From: Marsupella aquatica
Taxonomy: Eukaryota > Plantae > Marchantiophyta
Length of the DNA: 64,000 nt
NCBI GenBank assembly: GCA_973895155.1
Contig: OZ316893.1
Coordinates: 22,169,844 to 22,233,843, forward strand
Reading direction: 5' to 3'
In this document: positions 61,213-64,000 of the stretch, piece by piece
Layout: the number at the start of each line of letters is the position of its first letter
Numbering within the stretch: the first letter of the stretch is position 1
Notes under the pieces: generated by a model
The model's input: only the letters and a program-made list of their open reading frames with translations
Databases searched by the model: none
Told to the model about the DNA's origin: nothing
Translations under genes and position numbers: made by a program

Positions 61213-62534
61213 TCAACGATGACTACCGGCATACGGCCTGTAATCCGGTGATCGGCTTCGATAACGCTGGGGTGGAGAGCGACTGCTGGAAGGAAACGAA
61301 GAGCCCCATTAGACAGGAGAAAATCAAAATTCCTTTACAGGTACTCCAAAATATCTACGACACTCCAATGCATGATTAATTGGTGACTTAGCCTTAAAAT
61401 GGTGAGGACCCAAACATATGACCCAGGCATCCATACCTCCGATGTCGACCATATGCTGGACTTCGAGCCCGACCATAATCTGGGCTACCCCTTCCTCTCA
61501 CAGCACCCTCACGCCGTGGTCCGGGACTTGTACTGCGGCGGGAGCCTCCACCAGGTCCACCACTAGGTGGGTCTCCATCCTCTCGAGCAGCATACTCCAC
61601 AGTTATTACCCGTTCCATGACCTTACTGCACATGAGAAATTCAAAAACAACGATTCTAAAGATTACGGCAATAAGCTGCAAGCCTAATTTGAGATTGGGA
61701 CAATCAAGGCCTGACAAACGCTTCACCGAGCACTCAAATTTGCAAAATCGAAGGTATGTAACTAAAGGGGTAAGCACCTAGTAGAATTTGCTATCAATAG
61801 TGCCAACCTGAAACACACCTCATGTTTGTACATTCCAACGCTTTGGTGGCTTCTTCTTGTGATTCATACTGTACGAATGCAAAATTCTTCCGTATTTGCA
61901 CTCGGAGAAGCTTTCCATAGGGCTCAAAGTGTCTTTCCAGGTCTCGAACTCTTGTGTGAATGGGATCAAAGTTCACCACAAAAAGTGTCTTCGTCGGTCG
62001 CTGCTTTGTGATACTTCTGCGAGCGTCCTCCCGTCGGCGAATGGCACCATCTCCTTGCTATTATTCAATGACAGAGATGATTGGATAAACACTATGTCAG
62101 ACTCTGGCATTCTGTCCATCACAGTTTAGGAAGAAACCCATGATTTCAAAAGAAAACAAGAAAAGGGTCTCCTCTATTCATAGTTGCGTGGCCCACTGAC
62201 GGATCCTACAGCCGGACGACACACTGCATTAAGAATACAATGTCACCCTCGAGGGGGTAATCACACGAAACCACACGGCAACTAGGACTTTGAGGGCTTA
62301 GTCATCCATAAATGTTTTCAAGTATTTTCCCAGACGCCTCCAAGTATTAAAAGCAGAGCACATGAATTTGAAACACGATGCGTCTCTTAGACCTGTAGCT
62401 TGACGTTCTTGTGAAACTTACTTTGGCCCACTCAACACAAAGCCGTCGGCGCTGCCTGCCAAACTCTGAATTGTCCAGAGCACGGATGGCATCCTCTGCA
62501 TCCCGTTCATCCTCCATATAGACGAAAGCAAATC
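61213..62534 (-). CDS. Plant RS-subfamily SR splicing factor (RS31/RS40-like, two RRMs), 3' exons; the first coding exon lies beyond the window
   Basis: Exons 62534-62422 ([30 protein letters not shown]), 62057-61819 ([21 protein letters not shown]), 61625-61437 ([19 protein letters not shown]) and 61285-61213 ([15 protein letters not shown]). All are GT-AG. Confidence 0.9.
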
Positions 62535-64000
62535 CTGTACATGAAGAAAAGCCAGTGAGCGTCTTTGGGACGTGCTTTACCAGGAATAGCCTCACCCCAA
62601 GATACTAGCATTATTAGATTATTGTCAGATATGCTGCAAGACCTAGGGGTCAGTAAGGGATCCACAATACAGGGCTTTCAAGAGAATGGTAAATTCACAA
62701 CACCTGGCCTCCAATCCCATTTGTTGCTGCACTAAAGTACGATGTCCGGAAGGACGTTGCTATGATGTCAGGAAGAACGTTGCATGATGCACTAAGGATG
62801 ACGTGCATCAAGAAGGTTGTGATGACCAGACGTATCAAAGCAGCCAGAACTGATTTGAGTGAAAGGATCTCAATTGTTGACAAGCACAGCAAGAGTCAGC
62901 CAAGCCTGCACCAATATCGTTGCTCCAGCATCGAAGTCTGTCCTGATGAATATCTAGTAATTCTGCTGCACACGCACGCATGATGTGGTGCGATCATGCG
63001 CTGAGCATGATCGCAAGGACAGCTGAGATGTTGACAAGAAGCTGACGAGGTGGAAGGTATGACAGATATGATGATCTCCGGATGGTAGGAGAACTTCTGT
63101 CCGCTGCAGGTTTTGTTGGACGCTGATGCTCTGAGAGTGGAGAGACAGTTGGCATGAAGAGGAGGGGCAAGCAAAAATATCCGAAGTCTGTGATACATCC
63201 TGCGTTGCCACACCCATTCTTAAGTAAACTATATTCACCTGCAATACACATTAGTCACTTATGTTTCAATTCTAGTACAGCGGCAAAGCCACAAACTATG
63301 CAGAAGACATAAAATTTCACTGCTCATTTGTCGAGTGATATAAAGACTAAGCATTAGTCATTAGCGGATATTTAATTATTTCTGTTCATTCGGAGGTGAG
63401 ACAAATCAGTTATATCAATGACAGTAAATCTATGACAGCAAAAGACAAATCAAAGAAATGTCTGCATGCCGTCCGTCCTAGCACTTAAGTTGAGGCCAGA
63501 CTTCATAAGTCTCTATCGAAAATTCACAGACGTGAACTAGACCAGTCTCCAACGGTGATGATACGAAATTCGCCATGAGTACACTAGACAGCTGACATAG
63601 CTAGTCTATAAGCAAAACATAATTTGATAACATACTGTGTAGCACCAAATGTAACCTGATACCGAGTCCTCGCAGCAATCAATCTATCACAAAGGCAGGC
63701 ATGGCATCCAGAAGAGCAACACATTTTTTAACAACCAAGATCCTGGAGTTTATAAATGTCTCCAACAAAATGGCGAAAAGCCCGCTTTTGAGGAGGAGGG
63801 AGACATTTTCACCACCACCCACCGTGTCAGATTTATTTCTTGATTACAGAACACACATGACCTAGAACGACCCTAATCACCCAAACCGAAGTGATCAGGC
63901 TGAGCCTAAGAGGCCACAGGGGCGCCTGACGGCAACGCATGTCCAGGAGAGTACGAGAAACAATGGTACGAACACGCAACGCGAGGATTCAACATGTTTC

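Overview
Eukaryotic land-plant genomic DNA with GT-AG introns; a bryophyte-grade origin is plausible but cannot be verified here. The left ~30 kb is transposon-derived. It holds a Mutator-like non-autonomous element (1577-2736, 10-bp TSD) and a 5'-truncated LINE split by a ~9.1-kb Ty3/Gypsy-type insertion (3837-12972). It also holds a 3'-truncated Ty1/Copia (Bianca-like) element and a hAT-like MITE family with 8-bp TSDs. The right ~33 kb carries four host genes: an LRR-extensin (+), ribophorin I/OST1 (+), a secreted glyoxal/galactose-oxidase-family copper radical oxidase (-), and the 3' part of an RS-subfamily SR splicing factor (-). The standout is the Gypsy element. Its single decayed polyprotein reads Gag(2x CCHC)-protease-C5 DNA methyltransferase (DNMT3-like motifs)-RT-RNaseH-integrase-PHD finger. 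It has TG...CA ends and a TSD but no matching pair of LTRs. Its coding region was inactivated almost entirely by C>T/G>A nonsense changes. All calls were made by eye from motifs; no database searches were run.
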